DNA of 64,000 bases from Nitrospiraceae bacterium (GTDB lineage Bacteria > Nitrospirota > Nitrospiria > Nitrospirales > Nitrospiraceae): contig JBBIQV010000005.1 in assembly GCA_037442105.1 (NCBI GenBank), positions 1 through 64,000 of the forward strand. The letters run 5' to 3'. Below are positions 23,601 to 31,719 of this stretch, piece after piece; the first letter of the stretch is position 1; the number at the start of each line of letters is the position of its first letter. Made by a program: the position numbers and the translations under genes. The notes beneath the pieces are model-generated. The model had not been told where the DNA came from and searched no databases. It saw only the letters and a list, made by a program, of their open reading frames with translations.

Positions 23601-24065
23601 GCCTTGGTTGAGCCGCAGATCCCGCAACTCATCACCGAAAAGACTGTGTCGGAAGAAGCGATTCCGGAGGCCAAACCTTCCGAGCTGCCGATCCTGCTGA
23701 TCGATGACTCGCTCAGCATCAGAAAATTCGTCGGTCGCATGCTGGAATCCGCCGGCTATCAGGTCGACACCGCCGTGGACGGCGAAGAAGGGTTGCGCAA
23801 AGCGTCGGCGCAGGCGTACCGCTTGATCATTACTGATCTGGAGATGCCCAAGTTGAACGGTTTTGAAGTCATTCAAGCCCTGCGCGGGCGCCCGCAGACG
23901 GCCTCGACGCCGATCGTGGTGATGACGACTCGAGCCGGCGACAAGCATCGTCAGCTCGCCATCAATATCGGCGCTACTGCCTACATTGCCAAGCCGGTGG
24001 AAGAACGGGCGTTGATTCGGGAAGTCGAACAGTGGACTAGTCGGGAGGCAGGGGTTCGCAAGTGA
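20673..24065 (+). CDS. cheA: Hybrid CheA/ChpA-like kinase: three Hpt, dimerisation, HATPase, CheW and REC domains
   Basis: AHRIRGAA, AHTLKGSA twice, HLVRNAVYHGIE, DDGAGLD, PGFSTA..GRGVGLDVV, C-terminal IDDS..TDLEMP..KP. Confidence 0.93.
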   Translation: MSSEFDRQALIDIFVTEATDGMATIWTALHPANGAVPSQEVMQEHYIVAHRIRGAAALYGFTAVAKLSELLETLFEQVTAIAEPDWPRAVELLRDLVKVCREQVDAIAREGQDDLRIAEKWYARCAAGLPQPGELEAAGSAEASLSSDYLIPHLDPEVLSYFAPEAQEYVEVMETLLGRLKESPEDRENIQKLFRTAHTLKGSANTVGFQVIGDVALPIEDTLGIIRDNQLEISPILLKLVAGAVEVIRVLLKRDPDKLAQLQHDVPLITDALKRFQRGEDVECPTIGVLATEAISVQGPQAVLPPPQEPVQAQVVESAVVEAPVADDYLIPDLDAEVLSYFGPEAQEYVEALESHLLRLEKEPENLETIHQLFRTAHTLKGSAYTVGFQAIGDLVHHIEDFMGAVREGRTRVRPGVADLVLKAVDLVKVLMRRDHSHVGKTRSRFMAVMRDLKRLEQGLPLESAAPAEVEDPARRAAIAQSQEQRPQQDADPTRTHEAKGGEEREVIRVSRDRLERLLNLVGELVIGRGRLEQRLVMLERLSSQVQACKTRLLDAVRNFEDKHAFTFPTVSKSDSESSGPTFAGLSDFGALEFDKYDNFNILARRISEVTADISESMSQLSGSIRHAHEDMGQLQQLTLGMRDEIARARMVPIGTPFTRFRRAVREMVRTTGKEVTLVTSGEHTEVDTNVVERLVDPLIHLVRNAVYHGIEPATVRIAKGKPASGAVYLHAAHRGNAVVVEVEDDGAGLDLERIKAKAIARGLVRADAAAGLSDADIIKFIFMPGFSTAEQVGDQAGRGVGLDVVKRVIESMNGHIEVESVRDVGTKFTLHLPLTLLIATALMVRVGNERYAIPLPSVREVTMPSAGSVQRVGDRTLLHLGDEAIEVQSLLGLLRRGSGASEGVTPIVIVRAATGPLGLAVDELLGRQEIVIKPLGGLRPLQRSCFGGATIDPEGRVILVVDVGRLTAGPAQEAAALVEPQIPQLITEKTVSEEAIPEAKPSELPILLIDDSLSIRKFVGRMLESAGYQVDTAVDGEEGLRKASAQAYRLIITDLEMPKLNGFEVIQALRGRPQTASTPIVVMTTRAGDKHRQLAINIGATAYIAKPVEERALIREVEQWTSREAGVRK

Positions 24066-24147
24066 CGTCCTGTCGCGGAGCCAAGGGTAGGGCTCCACGC
24101 CAATTGTCCACTCGTGTCGTGGCGCATGTACCACCCGGGAGTCTCCT

Positions 24148-24759
24148 ATGAGCTTGCGTGGGCGTAGGGTGGCGGTAAGATCGGCGGCCCAGTCGACCAG
24201 GCATCTCGTCGTGGTCTGCGGCTCTGCCGTGCTTGCGTTTCCCGCCGATTTGGTCCACGGAATTCTCACAGCATTTGACGTGGGATCGCAGACCGCTCTG
24301 ACGGTCTTAAACGAGACGTACCCTGTAGCCGAACTGCGAGTGCAACTGGGATTACCGCTTGCTGCCGGCAGTTCCCCGGAGGCGCGAACCGTGTTGTGTT
24401 CGAGCGGCGTCTGCCGCCGAGCATTTCGTGTCGATCAGGTGTTGGGATTGACTGAAGTGGAGCACATGCAGGTGCTTCCGTTGCCGTCGCACTTTCGCGG
24501 AGCCGAACGTGAATGGTTTGCCGGGCTGTTCTTGTATCTCGATGTGGTTGCACTGATCGTGAATCCGGACTGGCTTTTGAACGGGCGCTTATCGCCGTTG
24601 CCGAGCGGTGCGATTGCTGATAGGCAAGTGACGAACGCACGCGAGAAAGCGATCGTGATGGATACTGAGAAGTCTCATCCCGCGGTTCTCGTGTCGTCGT
24701 TATCGGCGGATCTCAAGGAAGCGAATGATGCAGAGGATACGCCCTGGGCTCAAGTCTAG
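24148..24759 (+). CDS. Divergent CheW-like protein
   Basis: RAFRVDQVLG..VLPLPSHF..WFAGLF..LIVNPDWL pattern; directly after cheA. Confidence 0.7.
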   Translation: MSLRGRRVAVRSAAQSTRHLVVVCGSAVLAFPADLVHGILTAFDVGSQTALTVLNETYPVAELRVQLGLPLAAGSSPEARTVLCSSGVCRRAFRVDQVLGLTEVEHMQVLPLPSHFRGAEREWFAGLFLYLDVVALIVNPDWLLNGRLSPLPSGAIADRQVTNAREKAIVMDTEKSHPAVLVSSLSADLKEANDAEDTPWAQV

Positions 24760-25204
24760 TTCCCAACGAGCGCGAGGCATCATCGTGTTCGCCGTTGGTG
24801 GAAAGCGGTTGGCGGCTTGCGCCGAGGAGGTGGAGAGCGTCATGCCTTGGCCCGACTTCATGCCGGTTCCCAGCCGGACACCCTATGTCAATGCCGTGAT
24901 CCGGCGTGACCGAGCTGTCCTGCCTGTCTTCGACCTGGCGGCCCGGCTGCAAGTTGAGGCGCTCGGCAACGCATCCTTGTGCCTGGTTGCCAAACACAAG
25001 GATGGTCCTCTCGCGATCCGGATCGACCAGGATGTGCCCGCTTTGCACATGGTCGAGCCTACAGCGATTCGGCCGCATCGAGACGCCGATTCCGATATTC
25101 TGGGCGCCTATGTCTATGAGGCCGAAGCAATCCCGGTGTTGTCACTGGCCAAGTTGGGGACAACTCGCGGGGAGATCTCACTGCTGGCAAAGAGCGGACG
25201 GTAG
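24725..25204 (+). CDS. CheW-like protein
   Basis: VFAVGGKRLA, PVPSRTPYVNAVI..VLPVFDLA and LAIRID. Confidence 0.75.
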   Translation: MMQRIRPGLKSSSQRARGIIVFAVGGKRLAACAEEVESVMPWPDFMPVPSRTPYVNAVIRRDRAVLPVFDLAARLQVEALGNASLCLVAKHKDGPLAIRIDQDVPALHMVEPTAIRPHRDADSDILGAYVYEAEAIPVLSLAKLGTTRGEISLLAKSGR

Positions 25205-25217
25205 GGAGAAAGGGACG

Positions 25218-26519
25218 ATGCCGAACATTCTCGTGGCAGACGACAGTATTGCGGTCAGGAAGGTGGCCGAGCGACTCCTCGCGGAAGCCGGGCTCAAGGT
25301 GACGCTGGCTGCCAATGGGGAAGAGGCGCTCGCGTTGCTGGGGAAGGAACGGCCGGATGTCATCGTCTCGGATGTCATCATGCCGGACAAGAGCGGGTAT
25401 GAAGTCTGTGCCTATGTGAGATCACAATCCGCCCTGGAGCGGATTCCTGTGCTGCTCATCTCGGGCATCGTCAACGATGAAGTGACCCGCCAAGCCTCCG
25501 CCTGTCTCGCCGACGGCGTCCTGAAGAAGCCCTTCCAGGGAACCTCCTTGAAGGATCGCGTGTTGGAGCTGTTGTTGAAACGACAGCAGCAGGCGCAGCC
25601 TGTGGACAGTGGTGCGGCCAATGGGAATGGGCTGGTTGCGCAAGCAGCTAATGGGCCTAAGGTCTACAAGATCTCCGAAGAACAGGTGCAAGAATTTCGA
25701 CGCACGGCGGCAAAGCTCAAAGAAATCGAGGGCGCGCTCGAACAAGAACGGAGTAAGACGGCCCAATTGTCGGAGCGTCTGGCTGAATTGGATCGAGACA
25801 CAGCTCGTATCAAGGGCTTGGAGGCGGAACTGGAGACGGAGCGGGTCAGGTCGGCGCAGTTGTCGGAGCGGTTAGCCGAGCTGGATTGTGAAGCCGCACG
25901 AGTCAGAAGCTTGGAAGAGGAATTGAGGGTGGAACGGACCAAATCGGCCCAGTTGTCTGATCAAGTCGCCAGGCTGGAGCAGGATGTGGGTCGTCTCAAA
26001 GAGATCGAAGCACTGCTGGCAGCCGAGCGGGATCGATCGGCGCAGACGACCAAGCGGGCCGTTGAAGCGGATCGACTGAGGACTCGCGTGGAAGAACTCG
26101 ATGCCACCTTAATTGCGGAAAGGGATGCCGCAAGCCAGCTCGTCCAACAATTGAACGTATCCGAACAGATGGCTGCTCGTGCGGCGAACCTTGAGGCAGC
26201 ATTGTCTGCTGAGCGACACAAGGTCACTGAGCTCGGTCGGCGGCTGAGCGAAGCGGAACGGGAAATTGCTCGTGGCAAGGAACAGGTGCCCACACTTTCG
26301 GCCGAGCGTGTCGCACAATTGGAGCAGGCCATGGAACGGGTCAAGGAATTGGAACGAGCACTCGCGTCCGAGCAGGGGCGTACCAGCCAACATGCCCACC
26401 GCGCGAGCGAGGCAGAACACATGGCACAACAGGCGAATCGTCGACTGGAAGACATGGTTCGCAAGTTGTCCGAGATTGCCGGATTGGCCTCTCAGCTTGG
26501 CCAGAGCAAGGTCCGGTAA
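25218..26519 (+). CDS. REC domain fused to a long repetitive coiled coil (FrzS/AglZ-like architecture)
   Basis: ILVADDS, SDVIMP, LISG, KKPF, followed by a 31-residue coiled-coil repeat; ATG 25218 after a purine-rich RBS. Confidence 0.85.
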   Translation: MPNILVADDSIAVRKVAERLLAEAGLKVTLAANGEEALALLGKERPDVIVSDVIMPDKSGYEVCAYVRSQSALERIPVLLISGIVNDEVTRQASACLADGVLKKPFQGTSLKDRVLELLLKRQQQAQPVDSGAANGNGLVAQAANGPKVYKISEEQVQEFRRTAAKLKEIEGALEQERSKTAQLSERLAELDRDTARIKGLEAELETERVRSAQLSERLAELDCEAARVRSLEEELRVERTKSAQLSDQVARLEQDVGRLKEIEALLAAERDRSAQTTKRAVEADRLRTRVEELDATLIAERDAASQLVQQLNVSEQMAARAANLEAALSAERHKVTELGRRLSEAEREIARGKEQVPTLSAERVAQLEQAMERVKELERALASEQGRTSQHAHRASEAEHMAQQANRRLEDMVRKLSEIAGLASQLGQSKVR

Positions 26520-26541
26520 CTCTGGTGGGGGAGCAGCGCGC

Positions 26542-27471
26542 ATGGCATTGGTTCCCGACGGCGACGACGACTTCCAGAAAGAAATCCTTGAGCTCTTTGC
26601 CCAAGAAGCCCGAGAATGGTTAGGTCATATCCATCAGGCGTTGCAGGAACTTAGGACACAACCGGATGCTGACCGCCACGTGGCGCTCATCAAGACCATC
26701 ACGCAAGGGTTGACCAATCTCGGCGGTTCAGCGGCGACGGTGAATCTTCCCGAAGTCGAGCGCGCTACCTTCGCACTCCTACCGTTTGTCGAAAGTATCC
26801 GGGATCCGGTGTCGGCTCCCACCCGAGAGGACCTTGCGAGTATCCAGCAGAACTTCCAGTACATCACCACGGCGCTCACTGAAGCCACCGGCGTGTCCGT
26901 AACGTTCTCATGCGGTCCGTCGCTCAATGAGATTCCGCTCGACTCATTTCTCAATCAACTTCGGAACTTGGGCATGACGCGAAAGCAAGCGGCAGAGCCA
27001 GGCCGAAATCTCGCGCATCTGATTATCCAGAAAATCGAACAAGACGCGCAGGGTGGCGTCAGTCAATTGGACCGCCCAACCGTGGAGGCATTGCTCAAAG
27101 GAGTAGCCGACGCCGATGACGCGTTTCTGTCGGTCGTCAAGCAACGCCTCCCCGTGATCTCGCGCGGTGTGGCTCGCTTGAAAACCAAGGCGCAGGATGC
27201 AGGATTTTCGGCCGGTGAGTTTGACTCGACCTTTCGTGAAATGAGCGCATTGCAGGCGGCTGCCCAGAACGTGTGCGCGGCCTCAGTCATGGAATTTTTG
27301 AACGGACTGCGAAGTTTCTTGACGATCGTGTTGCAACGTCGCATCACGGTGGCGTCCAAGAAAATCGAGGCGGTGGAGTCGCGACTCACCGTCGTGCTCG
27401 CAATGGCACAGGAATGGGTCCAGGTTGGGCGAGCGGAACTCGCGGCCATTAGCAAACTTTTGCCTACCTGA
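26542..27471 (+). CDS. Hpt-like helical protein with Thr at the phospho-His position
   Basis: EILELFAQEAREWL...GLTNLGGSAATV aligns to the CheA motif TAHTLKGSANTV. Confidence 0.75.
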   Translation: MALVPDGDDDFQKEILELFAQEAREWLGHIHQALQELRTQPDADRHVALIKTITQGLTNLGGSAATVNLPEVERATFALLPFVESIRDPVSAPTREDLASIQQNFQYITTALTEATGVSVTFSCGPSLNEIPLDSFLNQLRNLGMTRKQAAEPGRNLAHLIIQKIEQDAQGGVSQLDRPTVEALLKGVADADDAFLSVVKQRLPVISRGVARLKTKAQDAGFSAGEFDSTFREMSALQAAAQNVCAASVMEFLNGLRSFLTIVLQRRITVASKKIEAVESRLTVVLAMAQEWVQVGRAELAAISKLLPT

Positions 27472-27597
27472 CTTGCCCCCGCCCCCGACGTTCCGGCTGG
27501 CCGGTACTGACCGTGATCGGCGCGATTCTTGACTTGCCGTTGTCGTGCGGACTACGTGTAATAACAGTCTCTATTCGGGAAGGGTAGCGGAAGCGGC

Positions 27598-28392
27598 ATG
27601 CACTATGAAGAGCACTGGGGGCTTGTAGCTCCCCCCTTCGACAATGTGCCGGATCCTCACTATTACTTTCCTTCTGCGAAGCACGAAACGGCCCGACAGC
27701 GATTGCTCTACGGGATTCAGGCACGCAAAGGGGCCGTAATGTTGACGGGGGAAATCGGATGCGGGAAGACGCTCCTGAGCCGTGCGCTCATTCTCAATTT
27801 GCCGCGGGCTACGTACGATGTGGCGCTTGTCGCCAATCCCGCATTGTCGCGGACCGAGTTTCTTGCTGAAGTTCTGTATCAGTTCGGGCTCGATAGCCGG
27901 GGGTCCAAGGCGGACGCGCTTCGTCGCTTGAACGATCACCTCTTGGCAAACCAGCGCGACGGACTGGATTCGGTGCTGGTCGTCGACGAAGCGCAGGCCA
28001 TTGAGGATGACCGGGCATTCGAGGACCTGCGGCTCTTGTGCAACTTCCAGTTGAATCATCGGTTTCTGCTGACTCTAGTGCTGTTGGGCCAGCCGGAACT
28101 CAAGAGCCGGGTCGAGGGTATCACGCAACTGAATCAACGGATTGCCATTCGCTATCATCTGAATCCGTTCACTGCCGAGGAGACCGGCGCATACATCGCG
28201 GCGCGCATGCAGGCGGCCGGCTGCGCTCGTGAGGTGTTCACGAAGGATGCGTGCTATCAGGTGTTCGAGCGAAGCCGGGGCGTCTGCCGGTTGATCAATT
28301 CATTGTGCGATCTCTCTCTGCTGCTCGGATGCGAAGAGAAAGCAATCTGCATCGATGCATCGCTCGTGGAGCGCGCCGGTCTGGCGATGTAG
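27598..28392 (+). CDS. ExeA/GspA/MshM-like AAA ATPase (ATPase domain only)
   Basis: MHYEEHWGL..PF..PDP..YF, Walker A GEIGCGKT, Walker B VVDEAQ, LLGQPEL and RLINSLCD. Confidence 0.88.
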   Translation: MHYEEHWGLVAPPFDNVPDPHYYFPSAKHETARQRLLYGIQARKGAVMLTGEIGCGKTLLSRALILNLPRATYDVALVANPALSRTEFLAEVLYQFGLDSRGSKADALRRLNDHLLANQRDGLDSVLVVDEAQAIEDDRAFEDLRLLCNFQLNHRFLLTLVLLGQPELKSRVEGITQLNQRIAIRYHLNPFTAEETGAYIAARMQAAGCAREVFTKDACYQVFERSRGVCRLINSLCDLSLLLGCEEKAICIDASLVERAGLAM

Positions 28393-28410
28393 CGATCTCG
28401 ATACGGACCA

Positions 28411-30522
28411 TTGGTCGTGACGAATGTGGATGAAAACTGGTATCACCAAGCTCAAGAATCGCTCACGCGTGCCGCGACGGCAGTTCAGGAGCAGCGAACT
28501 GTCGATCTGAATGAGCTGGCTCGGCTGGCAGAGGGCATTGTGCGCTCTCTGCAGCGGACCGATCAATTGGTCGTCGAAGCGCTCTCCAGCCCTCCGGGAT
28601 CGCCGCTGATTACGAATCTGGTGAATGTCAGCATCCTGGCCACAAAAGTCGGTCTAGGGTTGGAATACCACGGCCAAGAACTTGAACGCTTGGCGCTGGC
28701 AGGGTTGGTCCACGATATTGGTATCTTTGCCGTTCCCCAATCGCTCCTGACGAAGTCTGCCAGATTGACAACCGACGAGCGGGCCTTGATCGAGCGCCAC
28801 CCGGAGCTCGGCTGTCGCGTGGTTGAACAGGCCGGCGACGCCTATCGATGGCTTTCGCCCATCGTTCTGCAGGCCCATGAACGATGGGCGGGCCAGGGCT
28901 ATCCCTCCCGGCTGAAGGGGCGGCAGATTGCTGAATTCGCTCAAATCATCGGAGTCGTCGATGTTTTCGATGCGCTCGTCAGCCCTCGTCCATACAGGAA
29001 GCGGCTCCTCCCGCACGAGGCGATTCATGAGCTTGTGGTCGTCGAACGGACGGCGTTCCCACGCGAAGCGATCAGGGCCTTGGTCGAGCAGTTGTCTGTG
29101 TATCCATTAGGGACCATCGTTCGGTTGACCACAGGAGAGAACGGGGTGGTCACGCGCGTGAATCCTCGCTATCCATTCCGACCGGTCGTGCGGGTTGAAG
29201 CGTCAAGCAAGGATCAGATGCGCGGTTCAGGCCGGTCGATGGATCTGAGTCTCACGCCCTTGGTCTCTGTGCTTGAAGCCGTCAATGGTCCGGCGGTGGA
29301 ACGCGTCACCTTTACTTGCTGTAATGAGGCGCATGGCAACGAGCCTCGGCTCACAAAAGATGCTTCGAGCCAGTTCCCCACGCTGATCGAGAGCTTGGAT
29401 TCCATCGCGTCCGCGATCCAACAGGTGGTGGAAACGAAATCGAAGGGAGATCATCTCGACAGGAGCAGCAGTGACTCCAAACAGGCCGCCTTCTCGGTGC
29501 GCCTATCAGACAGCGACTCAGAGTTCCGAAAAGAAGTGGTGGGTCTCTTTGCTTTGGAAGCGCGGGAATGGTTGGGGCAGATTCAGCGGGCCCTGCGAAA
29601 ATTGGAAGGTATGCCGCCGCCTCATTTACAGGCGAAGCTCGTGGATATCGTTCTGCACGGCATTACCAACCTGGCGCGCTCTGCGGCAACGGTCCAGTTA
29701 CCTGCCATTGAAGAAATGGCGATCGGCCTCGTGCCTCTCCTGCAGACGACAGGAGGTCAAGCCTTCGTTCCGGCCGAGGCGCAGATCTCGTCTCTCCAGG
29801 CTGGGTTGGAACGCATTACCGCGGCGGTTCAAGAGCTGTCCATCAAATCCTCGCAGATCACTCCGTCGGAATTGGTGCTGGATTCGTTCACGGTATCTTC
29901 GACACAGAAAGGACCACCGCAGCACGCGGATGCAGGAGTGTCTGTTGAGACGGCGTTACAGGAAAGGAAACCGGCCGTCGCGGCGGGCGTTCCTCCCATC
30001 CTGGAATCCTTGCGATCACTCCAACTCGCTCGGGTGCGTTCTCTCGAGCCGACCCGCGATGTGTTGCAAGCGGTCATCCAGCGGGCGGAATACGAACTTA
30101 ACCGGGGTGGTGGAGCGGTGGATGTCCACATGATCGAGCGGATTCTGCAGGATCTCGACGCATTGGATCAGCGGTTGTTGGACGAAGTTGAAATGCGCGT
30201 CCCCGCGATGCTCCACACACTCTCTGCCCTTAGGTCTGAGGCTGAAGCGTCCGGTGTATCGGAAGAACGGCTCATGTCGGTTCTACGGGAAGTGGAAGCA
30301 CTTTACGAGATTGCAAAATCCGTGAATGCCTCCACTATTGTGCTGTTCTTGGACGGGCTGCGCTCCTTCATGACGGTGGCCGTCTATCGTAAGGTGACGA
30401 TGGCGATCAGGCGCCTTGAAGCCGTCGAATCGCGCCTCGGCGTACTTATTCAGATGGCTGCGCAATGGGTCGATGAGGGGCGAATCGAGCGGGCCGCCAT
30501 CGAGCAAATTCTTCCCAGTTAA
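28411..30522 (+). CDS. HD-GYP domain protein fused to a pseudo-Hpt module
   Basis: HDIG, HPELG, HERWAGQGYP, DVFDALVSPRPYRK, YPLGT.VRL; C-terminal half paralogous to 26542-27471; start codon uncertain (TTG 28411 or GTG 28417). Confidence 0.85.
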   Translation: MVVTNVDENWYHQAQESLTRAATAVQEQRTVDLNELARLAEGIVRSLQRTDQLVVEALSSPPGSPLITNLVNVSILATKVGLGLEYHGQELERLALAGLVHDIGIFAVPQSLLTKSARLTTDERALIERHPELGCRVVEQAGDAYRWLSPIVLQAHERWAGQGYPSRLKGRQIAEFAQIIGVVDVFDALVSPRPYRKRLLPHEAIHELVVVERTAFPREAIRALVEQLSVYPLGTIVRLTTGENGVVTRVNPRYPFRPVVRVEASSKDQMRGSGRSMDLSLTPLVSVLEAVNGPAVERVTFTCCNEAHGNEPRLTKDASSQFPTLIESLDSIASAIQQVVETKSKGDHLDRSSSDSKQAAFSVRLSDSDSEFRKEVVGLFALEAREWLGQIQRALRKLEGMPPPHLQAKLVDIVLHGITNLARSAATVQLPAIEEMAIGLVPLLQTTGGQAFVPAEAQISSLQAGLERITAAVQELSIKSSQITPSELVLDSFTVSSTQKGPPQHADAGVSVETALQERKPAVAAGVPPILESLRSLQLARVRSLEPTRDVLQAVIQRAEYELNRGGGAVDVHMIERILQDLDALDQRLLDEVEMRVPAMLHTLSALRSEAEASGVSEERLMSVLREVEALYEIAKSVNASTIVLFLDGLRSFMTVAVYRKVTMAIRRLEAVESRLGVLIQMAAQWVDEGRIERAAIEQILPS

Positions 30523-31167
30523 AACAACCTTTAGCGCCAATCATCTCTGTGGCCATCGTGAGAAGCCTGCGGCTTACGCGGGCTTCGTCTGCAGGGTGGC
30601 ACGGTACCTGAAGTGTTGTGCATGACAAGATGTTGGGGTATCCGGAAATGGAAACACTAGCGCACATATCTGATTGAAACCGCACGTGTTTCACAGCCCA
30701 AATCTTGGGCAGGTTGCCCGTGCCCGCTCCTTATCGCTTGATCGTCGCTCGTTCCACAGGGTTACTCACAACCAGTCCACAAAAGGTGTGAACACCGCTC
30801 GATCATCAGATGGAAGGGCGCATGCGACCGGCGAATGTTGATGGGGTGACGGCGATCTGATTTTCCTCCAACCGTTGATGACAGCCAGTTCACAAGGATC
30901 TCGTTGCGATTTCAGTAGCCGCTTCAGGACGAAACTGATCTCATCGCAACGACAGGCTTGTCACAGGCGAAAATTCGCGTTTGCGGTTACGAATCCACCG
31001 ATCTGTTCACGCAGATTGCAACGGGCGTGGCGACGGTCGTCCAATTTCGGAATGCACGCTCTTGTATGTCTATGTGGCGGGGCATCGTGTTCCAACCCAC
31101 CAAGGGGCGGTATAATCATACGCTAAATTCCACGAAATCGATTAGTCTGACCTGAGGGGGACGTACG

Positions 31168-31707
31168 ATGCCAAAGTTAGTGACCGTCAAGCGGCTGGAA
31201 GGCAATATTGAACGAGCAAGGGAGTATGTCAGAACGTACATTTTGTTCCCCTCCGGTCTCTTGGGGTTGATCTTTCTGGTCTCCGGCACAGCCTCCCTGG
31301 GATATCAAATAATGGCAACCGACACCTATACGGGGCACACCTTCTTTGAAAGCATGGGGTTTCTGGTGCTCGGTGGCTTTCTGGGGTGGCTCCAGACCCG
31401 GTATCAACGGTACTTGTTGCAAGAGTATCCCGATCATTTCGCCGCACGAATGAAGAGCGTTTCCAGGGGGAGCCGCGCTCGTTCGAAGCGGGATGAGCTG
31501 GACAAGGTGACACTCCACCCGGGCCGTCAATGGGTTCCCTTGGCCTATGCGATGGGGGCCTTCACTATTCTCACAGCCTCCGCTCTTAGTTCGATGTTCG
31601 GTCACGTCTATTATGTGGCAGCGTATCTGTTGCCCTGGGCAGGTTTCTTTTGGGCGAAGATATTTTTTTGGCGTGGAGTATTGCCGGTCGAGATGGGAAG
31701 GGTATGA
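31168..31707 (+). CDS. Hypothetical four-TM membrane protein
   Basis: Four hydrophobic segments, GAGGGG RBS, TATAAT at 31111-31116. Confidence 0.75.
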   Translation: MPKLVTVKRLEGNIERAREYVRTYILFPSGLLGLIFLVSGTASLGYQIMATDTYTGHTFFESMGFLVLGGFLGWLQTRYQRYLLQEYPDHFAARMKSVSRGSRARSKRDELDKVTLHPGRQWVPLAYAMGAFTILTASALSSMFGHVYYVAAYLLPWAGFFWAKIFFWRGVLPVEMGRV

Positions 31708-31719
31708 CCCAGGAAGAGG

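Noticed and set aside
30875..31155. Two short ORFs in the long intergenic gap
   Set aside because: No clear RBS, no motifs, and they overlap the TATAAT of the next gene
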